From the NCBI GenBank assembly GCA_963809895.1, contig CAWELD010000004.1, forward strand, positions 96,001 to 160,000: 64,000 nucleotides of DNA, read 5' to 3'. Source of the stretch: an uncultured Gemmatimonadales bacterium. GTDB taxonomy: Bacteria; Gemmatimonadota; Gemmatimonadetes; Longimicrobiales; Gaopeijiaceae. The notes beneath the pieces are model-generated. The model was given only the letters and a program-made list of their open reading frames with translations. It was not told where the DNA came from and made no database searches. Below, one piece after another: positions 1 through 13,487 of this stretch; position 1 is the first letter of the stretch; the number at the start of each line of letters is the position of its first letter. The translations under genes and the position numbers were made by a program.

Positions 1-2
1 TC

Positions 3-278
3 GCCATGGGGGGCGTGCCGATCCACACGCTCTCCGAAGTGCTGGACACCGCCGCGCTCGCCGAAGACGACGACATCCCGTCCGCCCAGGACATGGTGCG
101 CCGAATCGCCCGCGACCTGGGCACGCTGGATCGCACCAGCGGCGTGCTGGTGGCAGCGGCCGAAGAGCTGGGCGACCGGAGCACGGTCAACCTCCTCGAC
201 GGCATCCGCGACGTCCTGGAAAAGGACCGCTGGATGCTCGAAGCCTGGCTCGAGCAGCGGGAACCCGCCCTGGTCTGA
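3..278 (+). CDS. dps: Dps family DNA-protection/ferritin-like protein, C-terminal part (5' truncated by window)
   Basis: GGVPIHTLSE...MVRRIARDL...AEELGDRSTVNLL...LEKDRWMLEAWL matches the Dps C-terminal half. Confidence 0.85.
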   Translation, partial: AMGGVPIHTLSEVLDTAALAEDDDIPSAQDMVRRIARDLGTLDRTSGVLVAAAEELGDRSTVNLLDGIRDVLEKDRWMLEAWLEQREPALV

Positions 279-336
279 ACGCGCCGTCCCGGGCGCTCGT
301 CAGCGGCGAGCAGTCCCGCAGGCGTTCTCAGCTGAA

Positions 337-372
337 ACGTCGGAGGTCCGGTGTCCGCCGGGCCTCCGACGT
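337..372 (+). terminator. GC-rich stem-loop after dps, probable terminator
   Basis: ACGTCGGAGGTCCGG-loop(6)-CCGGGCCTCCGACGT, 15-bp stem with one G-U; no long U tract. Confidence 0.55.
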
Positions 373-462
373 CGTAGCGGGTGCGCACGGAGCCCTGGCT
401 GATTAACGTCCGGTGCTGAGCTACCGATCCCCCCACCCTCCACTCGTCTCCCGGTCCCTCCC

Positions 463-1068
463 ATGGCCACCCGCGATCCTCGAATCGACGACTACATCGA
501 AGCAGCCGGCGACTTCGCCCGCCCCATCCTCCGTCACCTCCGTGAGGTCGTCCACACGGCCTGCCCCGACGTCGAAGAGACCATGCGCTGGAGCATGCCC
601 AACTTCGACTACCAGGGGATCCTCTGCAGCATGGCGGCATTCAAGGAGCACTGCACCTTCGGCTTCTGGAAGCCGGAGTTGGTGCTGGGCGAGAACAGCG
701 GAGGCGACAGCGGCATGGGTCAGTTCGGGAAGATCCGGTCGCTCGAGGATCTCCCCTCCGACCAGGTCCTCGTCGGACACCTCGAGAAGGCGATGCAGCT
801 CAACGAGAAGGGTGTGAAGCCCAAGCGGCTTCAGCGCTCGCGCCCCCGCGAGAAGAAGCCCCCGGTAGAGGTCCCCGACGACCTCCAGGCCGCGCTCGCA
901 TCCAGCCCGAAGGCCCGGGCCGCCTTCGAGGACTTCAGCCCCAGCCACCGCCGGGAATACGTGGAGTGGATCACCGAAGCCAAGCGCGACGCCACCCGCC
1001 AGCGCCGGATCGCGCAGGCCGTGGATTGGATGGCCGAGGGCAAGCCCCGCAACTGGAAGTACATGTGA
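463..1068 (+). CDS. YdeI/OmpD-associated family protein (DUF1801 + OmdA-like domain)
   Basis: DPRIDDYI...FARPILRHLR...ETMRWSMP...AFKEHC; C-terminal PSHRREYVEWITEAKRDATRQRRI...EGKPRNWKY. Confidence 0.9.
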   Translation: MATRDPRIDDYIEAAGDFARPILRHLREVVHTACPDVEETMRWSMPNFDYQGILCSMAAFKEHCTFGFWKPELVLGENSGGDSGMGQFGKIRSLEDLPSDQVLVGHLEKAMQLNEKGVKPKRLQRSRPREKKPPVEVPDDLQAALASSPKARAAFEDFSPSHRREYVEWITEAKRDATRQRRIAQAVDWMAEGKPRNWKYM

Positions 1069-1967
1069 GCAGCCTGGTCTTCGTGACGGGGGACTTCAGC
1101 TCGGGCAGCACCCTTCTCTTCACGCTGTTCCGCAAGACGGGCTCCTTTCATTGCCTGTACGAGCCCTTCCACGAGCGGCTCCTCGAATATCTGATCTGGC
1201 CGCTGCGGGCCTACGATCGACACTTCCACGTGGACGACTACTTCACGGAATATCGCGGCTTCCGGCAGGTCCCCCGTCTGTTCGACCCCGTGTGGGGATT
1301 GAGCCAGCTCCACCGGGATGCCACCGACCGTGATCCACAGCTCTACCGGTACCTGAGTTACGTCATCGGACAGTCGTTCGGGCGCCGCTCGCGCGTGATG
1401 CTCAAGTTCAATCGTGCCACCTTCCGGCTGGGGTGGCTGAAGGCACGTTTCCCCACGGCCCGCATCGTCCACGTGTACCGGGACAAGGACGATCAGTGGA
1501 ACAGCATCGTCCGCAGATCGCAGGAGTTCTACGGGCGCGAGGACGTGGGGCAGAACCGGGTCGATTTCAACGGCTTCAGCCTGCAACGCTGGTGCGACGA
1601 CCTCCAGCACACCTATCCCGAACTGGCGGCCTCGGCGTGTAGCTCCGGCTACGAGCGGTTCTCGCGCCTGTGGGACCTGAGCTATCGCGAGCACACCCGC
1701 CACGCGGACGTGTCCGTGGCCCTGGCCGACCTGACTGCCGATTTCAGGACCACCGGTGGGGAGATCTTCGAGACGGTGGGTTGCCCCGTGGACCTCCATC
1801 ACCTGGACTCCTTCGTGGTCCGCTCGGCCGCACCCGGCGCAATGGCGCCGGGCCGGCTGGTGAAGGCGATGCGAAGTATCCGCCGGCGGGTCGACAACCT
1901 GGGCCACCGCTACGCTCGCGTGCGCGTCCGCCTGCGTCGAGAATGGTGGGAGCGCCGTCGCAGTTGA
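1065..1967 (+). CDS. Sulfotransferase family protein
   Basis: GTG start overlapping upstream TGA; 5'-PSB-like VFVTGDFSSGSTLL, LYEPFH, 3'-PB-like IVHVYRDKDDQWNS. Confidence 0.75.
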   Translation: MSSLVFVTGDFSSGSTLLFTLFRKTGSFHCLYEPFHERLLEYLIWPLRAYDRHFHVDDYFTEYRGFRQVPRLFDPVWGLSQLHRDATDRDPQLYRYLSYVIGQSFGRRSRVMLKFNRATFRLGWLKARFPTARIVHVYRDKDDQWNSIVRRSQEFYGREDVGQNRVDFNGFSLQRWCDDLQHTYPELAASACSSGYERFSRLWDLSYREHTRHADVSVALADLTADFRTTGGEIFETVGCPVDLHHLDSFVVRSAAPGAMAPGRLVKAMRSIRRRVDNLGHRYARVRVRLRREWWERRRS

Positions 1968-1980
1968 ATCGCGCGTTCCC

Positions 1981-3531
1981 CTACCAGAACACCGCGTACA
2001 GCACCGCCGTGGTCGCCACCACCGCCAGCGCCCATCCCCTGGCACCCCGTGCGGGCTCCAGCGAGAACTCGCCGGCCGGCGACTCCTGTTGCCGCAGAAC
2101 CGCCGCCGCCGCCTCGCTCTCCGGAAGCGGGCGCAGGCGGGTCCACACCACCATGAAGGTCACCAGCACGATGAAGGTGATGGCCATGTGGTGCAGGAAG
2201 GCCACGCCGGGAGCCAGCAGCAGCAGGAGACCGTAGACGGGCACCCCCAGGACCATGGCGCCGATGGCCGCCCCGGCCGGTGCGCGCCTGGAGAGGAGTC
2301 CCACGACGAAGACCGCGACGATCCCCGGCGACACGAATCCCCAGAACATCTGGATGTACTCGAAAACGCTGGGAGCGCTGGCCACCACCGGCGCCCACAG
2401 GCATCCCACCACCACCAGGACCGCGGTGGCGATGCGACCCATGCGCATGAGCTTGCGCCCGCTGGCGTCGGGCCGAAGGTGGCGGCCGTAGATGTCCACC
2501 ACGAAGATGGTGGCCGCCGAGTTCAGCATGGAGTCCAGCGAGCTCATGACCGCGCCGAAGAGCGCGGCGAACATGATGCCGGTGAGCCCAGCCGGCAGCA
2601 GGTCGCGGATCAGCAGCGGGTAGGCCTGATCGGGATTCGCGATGGAGCCACCGTAGATCTCAGCCGCGGCGATCCCCGGAAAGACGATGATGAAGGGGAT
2701 GAGCAACTTCAGGAACGCCGCCAGGAAGATCCCCTTCTGGCCCTCGGCCAGGCTCCGGGCGCCCAACGTACGCTGCGTGATGAACTGGTTGAGTCCCCAG
2801 TAGAAGAGGTTGGGGATCCACAGGCCCCCGATGAACACCGCCACCCAGGGCATCTCGGGGTGGTTCCAGGGGAGCACGGTGTGCAGGCGGTCGCTGCCCG
2901 CCTCCAGGAAGCTCCCGAGTCCGCCCACGGCATGGATGGCCAGCACGGTGACCAGCGCGCCGCCGGCCAGGAGCGCCACGCCCTGGATGAGATCCGACCA
3001 CACCACCGCCTTCAGACCGCCGTAGACGGTGTAGCCGCCCGCCAGGATGCCGATCATCCAGATGCCCCAGAACGTGGGCACGCCGAAGATGGCCTCCAGG
3101 GCGAGGGCGCCGGAATAGAGCACGGTGGCCAGCGCCACCAACACGTACGCCAGCATCATGTAGGCGGCCATGAGCGTGCGCGCCCGCACGTCGTAGCGCC
3201 GCTCCAGGTACTCGGGGATCGTGTAGATCCCGGCCCGCAGGAAACGCGGCAGGAAGACCACCGCCACCACCACCAGCGTGACGGCGGCCATCCACTCGTA
3301 GCTGGCGATGGCCAGGCCCAGCTCGAACCCCCGGCCCGCCATCCCCACGAAGTGCTCCGTGGAGATGTTGGAGGCGATGAGCGAGAAGCCGATCAGCCAC
3401 CATGGAAGCGAGCGGCCGGCGAGAAAGTAGTCCTCCGAGTCCTCCTCGCCTCGCGACGCCCACAGCGACACCCCCACGACCAGGGCGAGGAAGGCGGCGA
3501 AGGCGAGCAGGTCCAGGGCGTTGAGCGTCAT
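1981..3531 (-). CDS. Sodium:solute symporter (SSS), sugar-type
   Basis: DYFLAGRSLPWWLIGFSLIASNISTEHFVGMAG, GGLKAVVWSD, NQFITQRTL; multiple TM helices. Confidence 0.95.
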   Translation of the reverse strand: MTLNALDLLAFAAFLALVVGVSLWASRGEEDSEDYFLAGRSLPWWLIGFSLIASNISTEHFVGMAGRGFELGLAIASYEWMAAVTLVVVAVVFLPRFLRAGIYTIPEYLERRYDVRARTLMAAYMMLAYVLVALATVLYSGALALEAIFGVPTFWGIWMIGILAGGYTVYGGLKAVVWSDLIQGVALLAGGALVTVLAIHAVGGLGSFLEAGSDRLHTVLPWNHPEMPWVAVFIGGLWIPNLFYWGLNQFITQRTLGARSLAEGQKGIFLAAFLKLLIPFIIVFPGIAAAEIYGGSIANPDQAYPLLIRDLLPAGLTGIMFAALFGAVMSSLDSMLNSAATIFVVDIYGRHLRPDASGRKLMRMGRIATAVLVVVGCLWAPVVASAPSVFEYIQMFWGFVSPGIVAVFVVGLLSRRAPAGAAIGAMVLGVPVYGLLLLLAPGVAFLHHMAITFIVLVTFMVVWTRLRPLPESEAAAAVLRQQESPAGEFSLEPARGARGWALAVVATTAVLYAVFW

Positions 3532-3581
3532 GGCGCGTCTCGTGGTGTGGATAGGTGCCGGGAGGTAGTTTGCGACTCTGA

Positions 3582-7463
<3,882 letters not shown>

Positions 7464-7527
7464 GCCGGGCCGGCCGGTTGCGGCCGATGTGGGCTGCCTT
7501 CTGGACAATCCCACGCGCTGATCAACA

Positions 7528-7584
7528 TTCCTATTGCGTTTCGACAGGAACCGACGAATAATTCCTGTAGAAATCCGAAAGCAA
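7528..7584 (+). promoter_or_regulatory. Sigma-70-like promoter overlapped by two 23-bp imperfect palindromes (putative PadR operators)
   Basis: TTGCGT(7534)-N17-AATAAT(7557); TTCCTATTGCGTTTCGACAGGAA (7528-7550) and TTCCTGTAGAAATCCGAAAGCAA (7562-7584). Confidence 0.6.
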
Positions 7585-7653
7585 CGGGATGGCGCATCGA
7601 TCACAGCCGCCCGGAGTTGATCTGCTCGCGCCGCCCACCTGGAGACGTCTGCC

Positions 7654-7989
7654 ATGCCTGATCCCGTCGGAAGTGACGTTCTGCGCGGCACGCTGGACCT
7701 GCTGATCCTGAAGACGCTGTCGCTGGAGCCCATGCACGGATGGGGCCTCAGCCAGCGCATCCAGGAGATGTCGCGGGGACTGCTGGACGTGAATCAGGGC
7801 TCTCTCTACCCGGCCCTCCAGCGTCTGGAGCACCGGGGCTGGATCGCCAGCCGCTGGGACACCACGGAGAACAACCGCCGCGCCAAGTACTACAGCCTCA
7901 CCGACGACGGCACCCGGGGTCTCGCCTCCGAGACCGAGGGCTGGCGCCAGTACGTGGGGGCGGTGGAATGGATCCTGGAGACGACATGA
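7654..7989 (+). CDS. PadR family transcriptional regulator (ADOP-associated type)
   Basis: LRGTLDLLILKTL...MHGWGLSQRI...NQGSLYPALQRLE...ENNRRAKYYSLT. Confidence 0.95.
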   Translation: MPDPVGSDVLRGTLDLLILKTLSLEPMHGWGLSQRIQEMSRGLLDVNQGSLYPALQRLEHRGWIASRWDTTENNRRAKYYSLTDDGTRGLASETEGWRQYVGAVEWILETT

Positions 7990-10658
7990 CCGGGGGCGAA
8001 CGGGGCGGTGGCCCCCGGCGTCGCCGCAGGGGCGGCCGTCGTCGTCTGCGAGGACTGTTGGCTCGCGTGCGAGACATGGTCTTTCGCCGCGCAGCCGAGC
8101 GCGACATGGACGAGGAGCTCCGCTTCCACCTGGAGATGGAGACCGAGAAGAACCTGCGCGCCGGCATGGAGCCGGCCGAGGCGCGTCGCCGGGCCCTGGT
8201 GGCCTTCGGCGGCGCCGAACGCCATCGGGAACGCCTGCGCGAAGGCCGGCGCGTTCCGATCTTCGAGCCCCTCTGGAACGACGTGCGCTTCGGCCTTCGC
8301 TCACTGGCTCGCACCCCGGGGCTGGCGCTGGTGGCGGCGCTGACCATCGCCCTCGGCGTGGGCGCGACCACCGCCGTCTTCAGCGTCGTCAACGCCCTCC
8401 TGCTCCGGCCACCGCCGGTCCCGGCCGCCGAGCGGGTCATGACGATCCAGGAGGAGCGGTACGGGGCCGTGTCCACGGGCATCGAAGGCATGAAGATCCC
8501 GTATTCGCGCTACCTCGCGTACCGCGACGCCACCACCGAGGTCTTCCAGGGCCTGGCTGCCTATCGGCTGGACAACTTCGCGCTCCGGCTTGCCGACGCG
8601 ACCGTGCCCGTCGACGGCGCGCTCACGTCGGGCGATTACTTCCAGGTGCTGGGCGTCCGGCCGCTGCTCGGACGCGCCTACACCTCCGACGAAGCGGCCG
8701 AAGTGGTGCTGTCGCACGACCTGTGGACATCGCGTTTCGGCGGCGACCGGGAGGTGCTCGGCCGCACCGTCTCGGTCGACGGACAGCGCGTGACCGTGGT
8801 CGGCGTGGCTCCCCCGGGTTTCCGGGGCGTGTCACCGGTGTCGGATGCCCTGTGGGTGCCGTCCGGCGTGCGCGGTCTCGACCAGAACGCCTGGACCATG
8901 CGCGTCGTGCCCGTGGGACGGCTCCGCGACGGCGTGACCCGGGAGCGGGCCGGCCTGGTGGTGGAAGGCGCCGGAGCGCGCATCCCCCTGGAGGAGTCGG
9001 CGCAGCTTCGTGGCTCCCGGCTCGAGCCGGTGGGCTCGCCTCCCAGCGGGGTGAAGGGCCCGGTCTTCGGGTTCATGGGCATGCTGCTCGGCATGGCCCT
9101 CCTGGTCCTGCTCATCGCCAGCGCCAACATCGCCGGCGTCATGCTCGCTCGTGGATTCGCCCGCCGCCGCGAGATCGCGGTGCGCCAGGCCATCGGCGCG
9201 GGACGCACCCGCCTCGTGCGCCACCTGCTCGCCGAGAGCCTCATGGTGTTCGCCGTGGGCGGAGCGGCCGGCGTCGCCCTCGCGTGGCTGGGCACGTCGT
9301 GGATCGCTCGCATTCCCCTTCCCCCACAGGTGCCGCTCATCCTGGAACTGACGCCCGACGGCCGCGTCATGGGGTTCGCCGTCCTGCTGACGGGCCTCAC
9401 CGGCATCGTCTTCGGACTCGTCCCAGCCCTGAAGGCGTCGCGTCCCGACCTGGTGCCCGCCCTGAAGAGCGGGGGCCACGGCGCCGCGGGAGGCTCCACT
9501 CGCGCCCGCGACCTGTTCGTAGCTGGCCAGGTCGCCTTCGCGGTGCTCCTCCTCCTCACGGCGGGCCTCTTCGTGCGCTCCTTCCAGCGGGGCGCCAGCG
9601 CCGATCTCGGCTTCGACCCCGACGGCGTGGTGGTGGCCACCGTCAATCTGGGACCACCGCAGGACTACAGCGTGGAGCAGGCCCGCACCTTCTATGCGAC
9701 CCTGGTGGAGCGGGTGCGCCGGCTCCCGGGTGTCGAGGACGCCGCCCTGTCGCAGTTCGTCCTGCTCGCCGGCGACCGCTGGGGCTCGCAGGCCAACCGG
9801 CCCGATGCCCCCGAGGCCGGCTCGGTGAGCGCCGCCTGGGATGCGGTGGATCCCGACTTCTTCCGGACCATGGGCGTCGACCTCGTGGCGGGCCGCGGCT
9901 TCACCGAGCGGGACGCCGAGGGGAGCCCCCCGGTGGCGGTCATCAACCAGACGCTGGCAGACCGTCTGTGGCCGGGCCAGAGCCCCATCGGCCATCTCGT
10001 GCAGGGCTTCACCACCGAGCCCCTGGAGGTGGTGGGTGTCGCCAGGAACGGACGCTACATCTTCATCACCGAGACGCCCGGCGCCTTCCTGTTCGTACCC
10101 GTCGCCCAGGCCTTCCGGTATTCCATGGCGCTGCACGTGCGGGCGCCCGGCGCCGAAGCGGCGACGCTGCGGGCGGTGCGCGATGAGGTCCGGCGCCTGG
10201 ATCCCGACCTGGCCCTCCGCAACGCCGCTCCCATGAGCGAGGTCATCGGTCTGAGCCTGGTTCCCCAGCGCGTCGCGGCGCAGCTCGTCGGAACCTTCGG
10301 GATCGTGGGATTGGTGCTCGCCGCCCTCGGGATCTACGGAGTGCTGGCCTTCCAGGTGGCGCGGCGCACCAAGGAGTTCGGCATCCGGCGCGCCCTGGGG
10401 GCCGGGCGGGCCGGCGTGATCCGCCAGGTGGTGCGCAAGGGGGGATGGCTGGCGGGCGTGGGTTGTGTCCTGGGGATGGCCGCCGGCGGCGGCATCGCCA
10501 TGCTGCTCCGGAGCTTCCTGTTCGGAATCCAGCCCCTGGATCCCCCGACCTTCGTCGCCGTGCCGGTGATCCTGCTCGGCGTCGCGCTCCTCGCCGCCGT
10601 GATCCCCGCGGCTCGCGCCAGCAGCGTGCAGGCCTCGGTGGCGCTCAAGGAGGAATGA
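7986..10658 (+). CDS. ADOP-type duplicated MacB/FtsX-like ABC permease
   Basis: ATGA overlap with padR; DEELRFHLEME prefix, LTIALGVGATTAVFSVVNA, LLIASANIA, RRTKEFGIRRALGA; no ATPase gene adjacent. Confidence 0.93.
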   Translation: MTGGERGGGPRRRRRGGRRRLRGLLARVRDMVFRRAAERDMDEELRFHLEMETEKNLRAGMEPAEARRRALVAFGGAERHRERLREGRRVPIFEPLWNDVRFGLRSLARTPGLALVAALTIALGVGATTAVFSVVNALLLRPPPVPAAERVMTIQEERYGAVSTGIEGMKIPYSRYLAYRDATTEVFQGLAAYRLDNFALRLADATVPVDGALTSGDYFQVLGVRPLLGRAYTSDEAAEVVLSHDLWTSRFGGDREVLGRTVSVDGQRVTVVGVAPPGFRGVSPVSDALWVPSGVRGLDQNAWTMRVVPVGRLRDGVTRERAGLVVEGAGARIPLEESAQLRGSRLEPVGSPPSGVKGPVFGFMGMLLGMALLVLLIASANIAGVMLARGFARRREIAVRQAIGAGRTRLVRHLLAESLMVFAVGGAAGVALAWLGTSWIARIPLPPQVPLILELTPDGRVMGFAVLLTGLTGIVFGLVPALKASRPDLVPALKSGGHGAAGGSTRARDLFVAGQVAFAVLLLLTAGLFVRSFQRGASADLGFDPDGVVVATVNLGPPQDYSVEQARTFYATLVERVRRLPGVEDAALSQFVLLAGDRWGSQANRPDAPEAGSVSAAWDAVDPDFFRTMGVDLVAGRGFTERDAEGSPPVAVINQTLADRLWPGQSPIGHLVQGFTTEPLEVVGVARNGRYIFITETPGAFLFVPVAQAFRYSMALHVRAPGAEAATLRAVRDEVRRLDPDLALRNAAPMSEVIGLSLVPQRVAAQLVGTFGIVGLVLAALGIYGVLAFQVARRTKEFGIRRALGAGRAGVIRQVVRKGGWLAGVGCVLGMAAGGGIAMLLRSFLFGIQPLDPPTFVAVPVILLGVALLAAVIPAARASSVQASVALKEE

Positions 10659-10671
10659 GGCAGGCGCCGCT

Positions 10672-11325
10672 TCAGCCGTCGGCAGCCAGCCGCAGCACGT
10701 CGCTGAGAGCATCGACCAGCCAGTCGGGCCGCTCCCGCTCCAGGCGGGCCCTGGCGAACGGTCCCCAGGTGGCGGCCGCCGTGCGGACCCCGGCAGCGCG
10801 GCCCGCCGCGACGTCGTAGGGGGAATCCCCCACGAACAGCACCCGCGAGGGCGTCGCCTGCAGGCTCAGCCGGTCCAGAGCCACCTGCACCGGCTCGGGG
10901 TCGGGCTTGCCCCGGGTCACGTCCTCGGGCGTCACCAGGACCGGGAACGCGCCGTCCAGTCCGCACCTCGCCAGCGTGCGCAGCGCCATCTCGCGCCGCT
11001 TGCTGGTCACCACGCCCACGGCGGCTCCCCGCCCGGTCAGCTCGGCCACGAGCTCCGTGGCCCCCGGAAAGGCCTGAACCATGTCGTCGTGGATGGTGCG
11101 CTGATAGGTCACGTAGGTGTCCACCATGGCCTCGGCCTCGGCCGTGTCGGTGGTGAACTCCCGCATGCTCTCCCGGAGTGGCCGTCCCAGGGTGTCCAGC
11201 CACAGCTCGTCCGGCAGCTCCTCGCCGCGATGCGAGCGCATGGTGTGGCGGTAGCACGCCAGGATGAGCGGCACCGTATCGGCCAGGGTGCCATCGAGAT
11301 CGAAGAGGACCGCGGACCAGCTCAT
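10672..11325 (-). CDS. HAD-IA hydrolase (PpaX-like)
   Basis: FDLDGTL, VVTSK, KPDPEP, VGDSPYD motifs. Confidence 0.9.
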   Translation of the reverse strand: MSWSAVLFDLDGTLADTVPLILACYRHTMRSHRGEELPDELWLDTLGRPLRESMREFTTDTAEAEAMVDTYVTYQRTIHDDMVQAFPGATELVAELTGRGAAVGVVTSKRREMALRTLARCGLDGAFPVLVTPEDVTRGKPDPEPVQVALDRLSLQATPSRVLFVGDSPYDVAAGRAAGVRTAAATWGPFARARLERERPDWLVDALSDVLRLAADG

Positions 11326-11346
11326 GCGACGACCTTCGTCATGGAA

Positions 11347-12075
11347 TCAGCGCTCCAGGAAGGAGAGAATCACCTTGAAGGTCTCCTCGTCGTCCAGGAG
11401 ACCGGCGTGGGTGGGGCAGCACACCTCGATGTCGGGTAGCGGCGGCAGCGTCGCGCTCTCGGGCGGCAGGATGTGCAGGTCCACCGGCGTGCGCACGGTG
11501 ATGCCCTCGACCCCGGGCGGGACCGCCCGCCCCTTCTGCAGAGAGAGCAGGAACAGACTGCCCGGATCCATCTCCTCGCCCCCCTTTCCCCAGGCGAGCC
11601 ACGCGGCGTACGTGCCGCGATGCGGTGTGGCCAGGAAGACCACTCTGCGCACGTTCTCCGCGCCACCGTTCTGCAGGTAGTAGCGCAGGGCCAGCCCCCC
11701 CATGGAGTGCGCCACGACGTCCACCTCGGGCGCCCCCGTGCGCTCACGCAGCCGCTCCACCGCCATCGCCAGGGCCCGGGCGTGCACCCGGTTGCTGCCT
11801 TCCGGGTCTTCGAAGGAGAGGGACACCACCTGGGAATCGGGCCAGCCGGCCTCCAGGAAGCGGTCCCTCAGGGGCCGCAACTGCTCGGAATCGTCACTCC
11901 ACCCGGGTACCAGCACCACCGGCACCCGGGACCCGAGCCTCGCCGCCAGGTCCGAGGCGACGTCGACCTGGGCCGACGCCCTCCGCGGCAGGGCCACGGC
12001 CATGAGCGAGAGGCCCCCCATCACCAGGGCCACGCGCACCGCGAAGCGGGCCCCACGGGGCCGTCGCTCACCCAT
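11347..12075 (-). CDS. Secreted alpha/beta-fold lipase/esterase (lipase class 2-like)
   Basis: Signal peptide (ASA-Q), PVVLVPG, AHSMGG nucleophile elbow, LATPHRGT. Confidence 0.85.
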   Translation of the reverse strand: MGERRPRGARFAVRVALVMGGLSLMAVALPRRASAQVDVASDLAARLGSRVPVVLVPGWSDDSEQLRPLRDRFLEAGWPDSQVVSLSFEDPEGSNRVHARALAMAVERLRERTGAPEVDVVAHSMGGLALRYYLQNGGAENVRRVVFLATPHRGTYAAWLAWGKGGEEMDPGSLFLLSLQKGRAVPPGVEGITVRTPVDLHILPPESATLPPLPDIEVCCPTHAGLLDDEETFKVILSFLER

Positions 12076-13448
12076 CAGACCCGCTGACGGGCCACGTCGC
12101 GCCACGCGGCGGACAGGCGTTGCGCGGCGCACTCTTCCTGCTCGTCGGTGAGGCACACCGGCGGAGTGACCTCCACCACCTCGCCGACCTCGCCCGCAGG
12201 GAGCACGAGCACGCCTTCTGCGAGGGCGAGGGCCGCTACGCGGGCGCCGATCCCTTTCGCCGAATGCCCGGCCCCTCCCCGGAGCTCGGTTCCCAGCAGC
12301 AGGCCCAGCCCCCGCACCGAAACGGCGGGCTCCAGGACCCGGGACAGACGGGCCGCAAGACGCGCCCCCAGCGCCTCGGCCCGCTCGGGCAGGCCGTCGG
12401 CCACGGCCTCCAGGACCGCACAACCGGTGGCACACGCCAGCGGATGGCCCAGGAACGTGCTCGTGTGGAGCGCCTCACCGGGCGACTGGGGCCAGGCGTC
12501 CATGACCTCCGCCGGACCGGCGCACGCGCTCAGGGGCAGGCCTCCGCCCAGGACCTTGCCCAGGCACACGAGGTCGGGCTCCATGCCCAGGCGTGACGAC
12601 GCCAGCACGGCCCCGCACCGGCCCAGACCGGTGAAGACCTCGTCGGCGATGAGGATCGCTCCGTGGCGGCGGGCCACCTCGCTCAACGCGCGCCCGAAGC
12701 CACCGGGCATGACGCGCACGCCGGCCCGCGCCTGCACCGGCTCCACGATGACGGCCCCCACCGGATCCCCGTTGGGTGCGCCTCGCCGCAGCACGTCCTC
12801 CAGCGCGTCCAGGACCGCCTCGGGCCGCCGTTCCGGATGCTGGGCGGCCTCGTCGGAGTCCACCTCGGCGGGAAAGGGAACGCGCGCCACGCCCGCGTAG
12901 ATCCGCTCCTGGAAGGGCGTCCGGAAATAGGGCCGGCCCGTGGTGGCCAGCGCACCCAGCGTCAGGCCGTGGTAACCGCCTTCGAAGGCCACGATCCCGG
13001 GCCGGCCCGTGACCATGTGGGCCGTCTTCAGGGCCACCTCCACCGCCTCGCTCCCCGTCGACGCCAGCACCGCGCGCACCTCCGGCCAGGGCAGGAGCCC
13101 GGCGAGCCGCTCGAGGAGCTCCACCTTCACCGCCGTCGGATGCACGTCGCCCATCCCGTGGACCAGCCGAGCCGCCTGCCGCGCCAGCGCTCCGGTCACC
13201 GAGGGCGCGCGATGGCCCAACAGCGCCACGCCGAAGGCCGCGGTCAGATCCAGGTAGACGTTCCCGTCGGCGTCGCGCACGTTGGCGCCCAGCGCCTCTT
13301 CCCAGAACACGGGAAAGGACTCGTCCAGGTAGGTGACGTTGCGCGACTCCACGGCCCGGAGGCGCACCGCCAGTTCGCGTGAGGCGGGGCCCGGCGGGGG
13401 TACGCGCAGCGACGGAAGCTGTGTGCCCGACTCCATGCGGTGATTCAC
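12075..13448 (-). CDS. Class-III PLP aminotransferase (GABA/acetylornithine aminotransferase-like)
   Basis: DADGNVYLD, GSEAVEVALK, FEGGYHG, LIADEVFTGLGRCG, PDLVCLGKVLGGG, STFLGHPLAC. Confidence 0.9.
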   Translation of the reverse strand: MNHRMESGTQLPSLRVPPPGPASRELAVRLRAVESRNVTYLDESFPVFWEEALGANVRDADGNVYLDLTAAFGVALLGHRAPSVTGALARQAARLVHGMGDVHPTAVKVELLERLAGLLPWPEVRAVLASTGSEAVEVALKTAHMVTGRPGIVAFEGGYHGLTLGALATTGRPYFRTPFQERIYAGVARVPFPAEVDSDEAAQHPERRPEAVLDALEDVLRRGAPNGDPVGAVIVEPVQARAGVRVMPGGFGRALSEVARRHGAILIADEVFTGLGRCGAVLASSRLGMEPDLVCLGKVLGGGLPLSACAGPAEVMDAWPQSPGEALHTSTFLGHPLACATGCAVLEAVADGLPERAEALGARLAARLSRVLEPAVSVRGLGLLLGTELRGGAGHSAKGIGARVAALALAEGVLVLPAGEVGEVVEVTPPVCLTDEQEECAAQRLSAAWRDVARQRV

Positions 13449-13487
13449 GTCGTCTCGGGGAACGGGAGAGCCCCCGACGACGGACCC

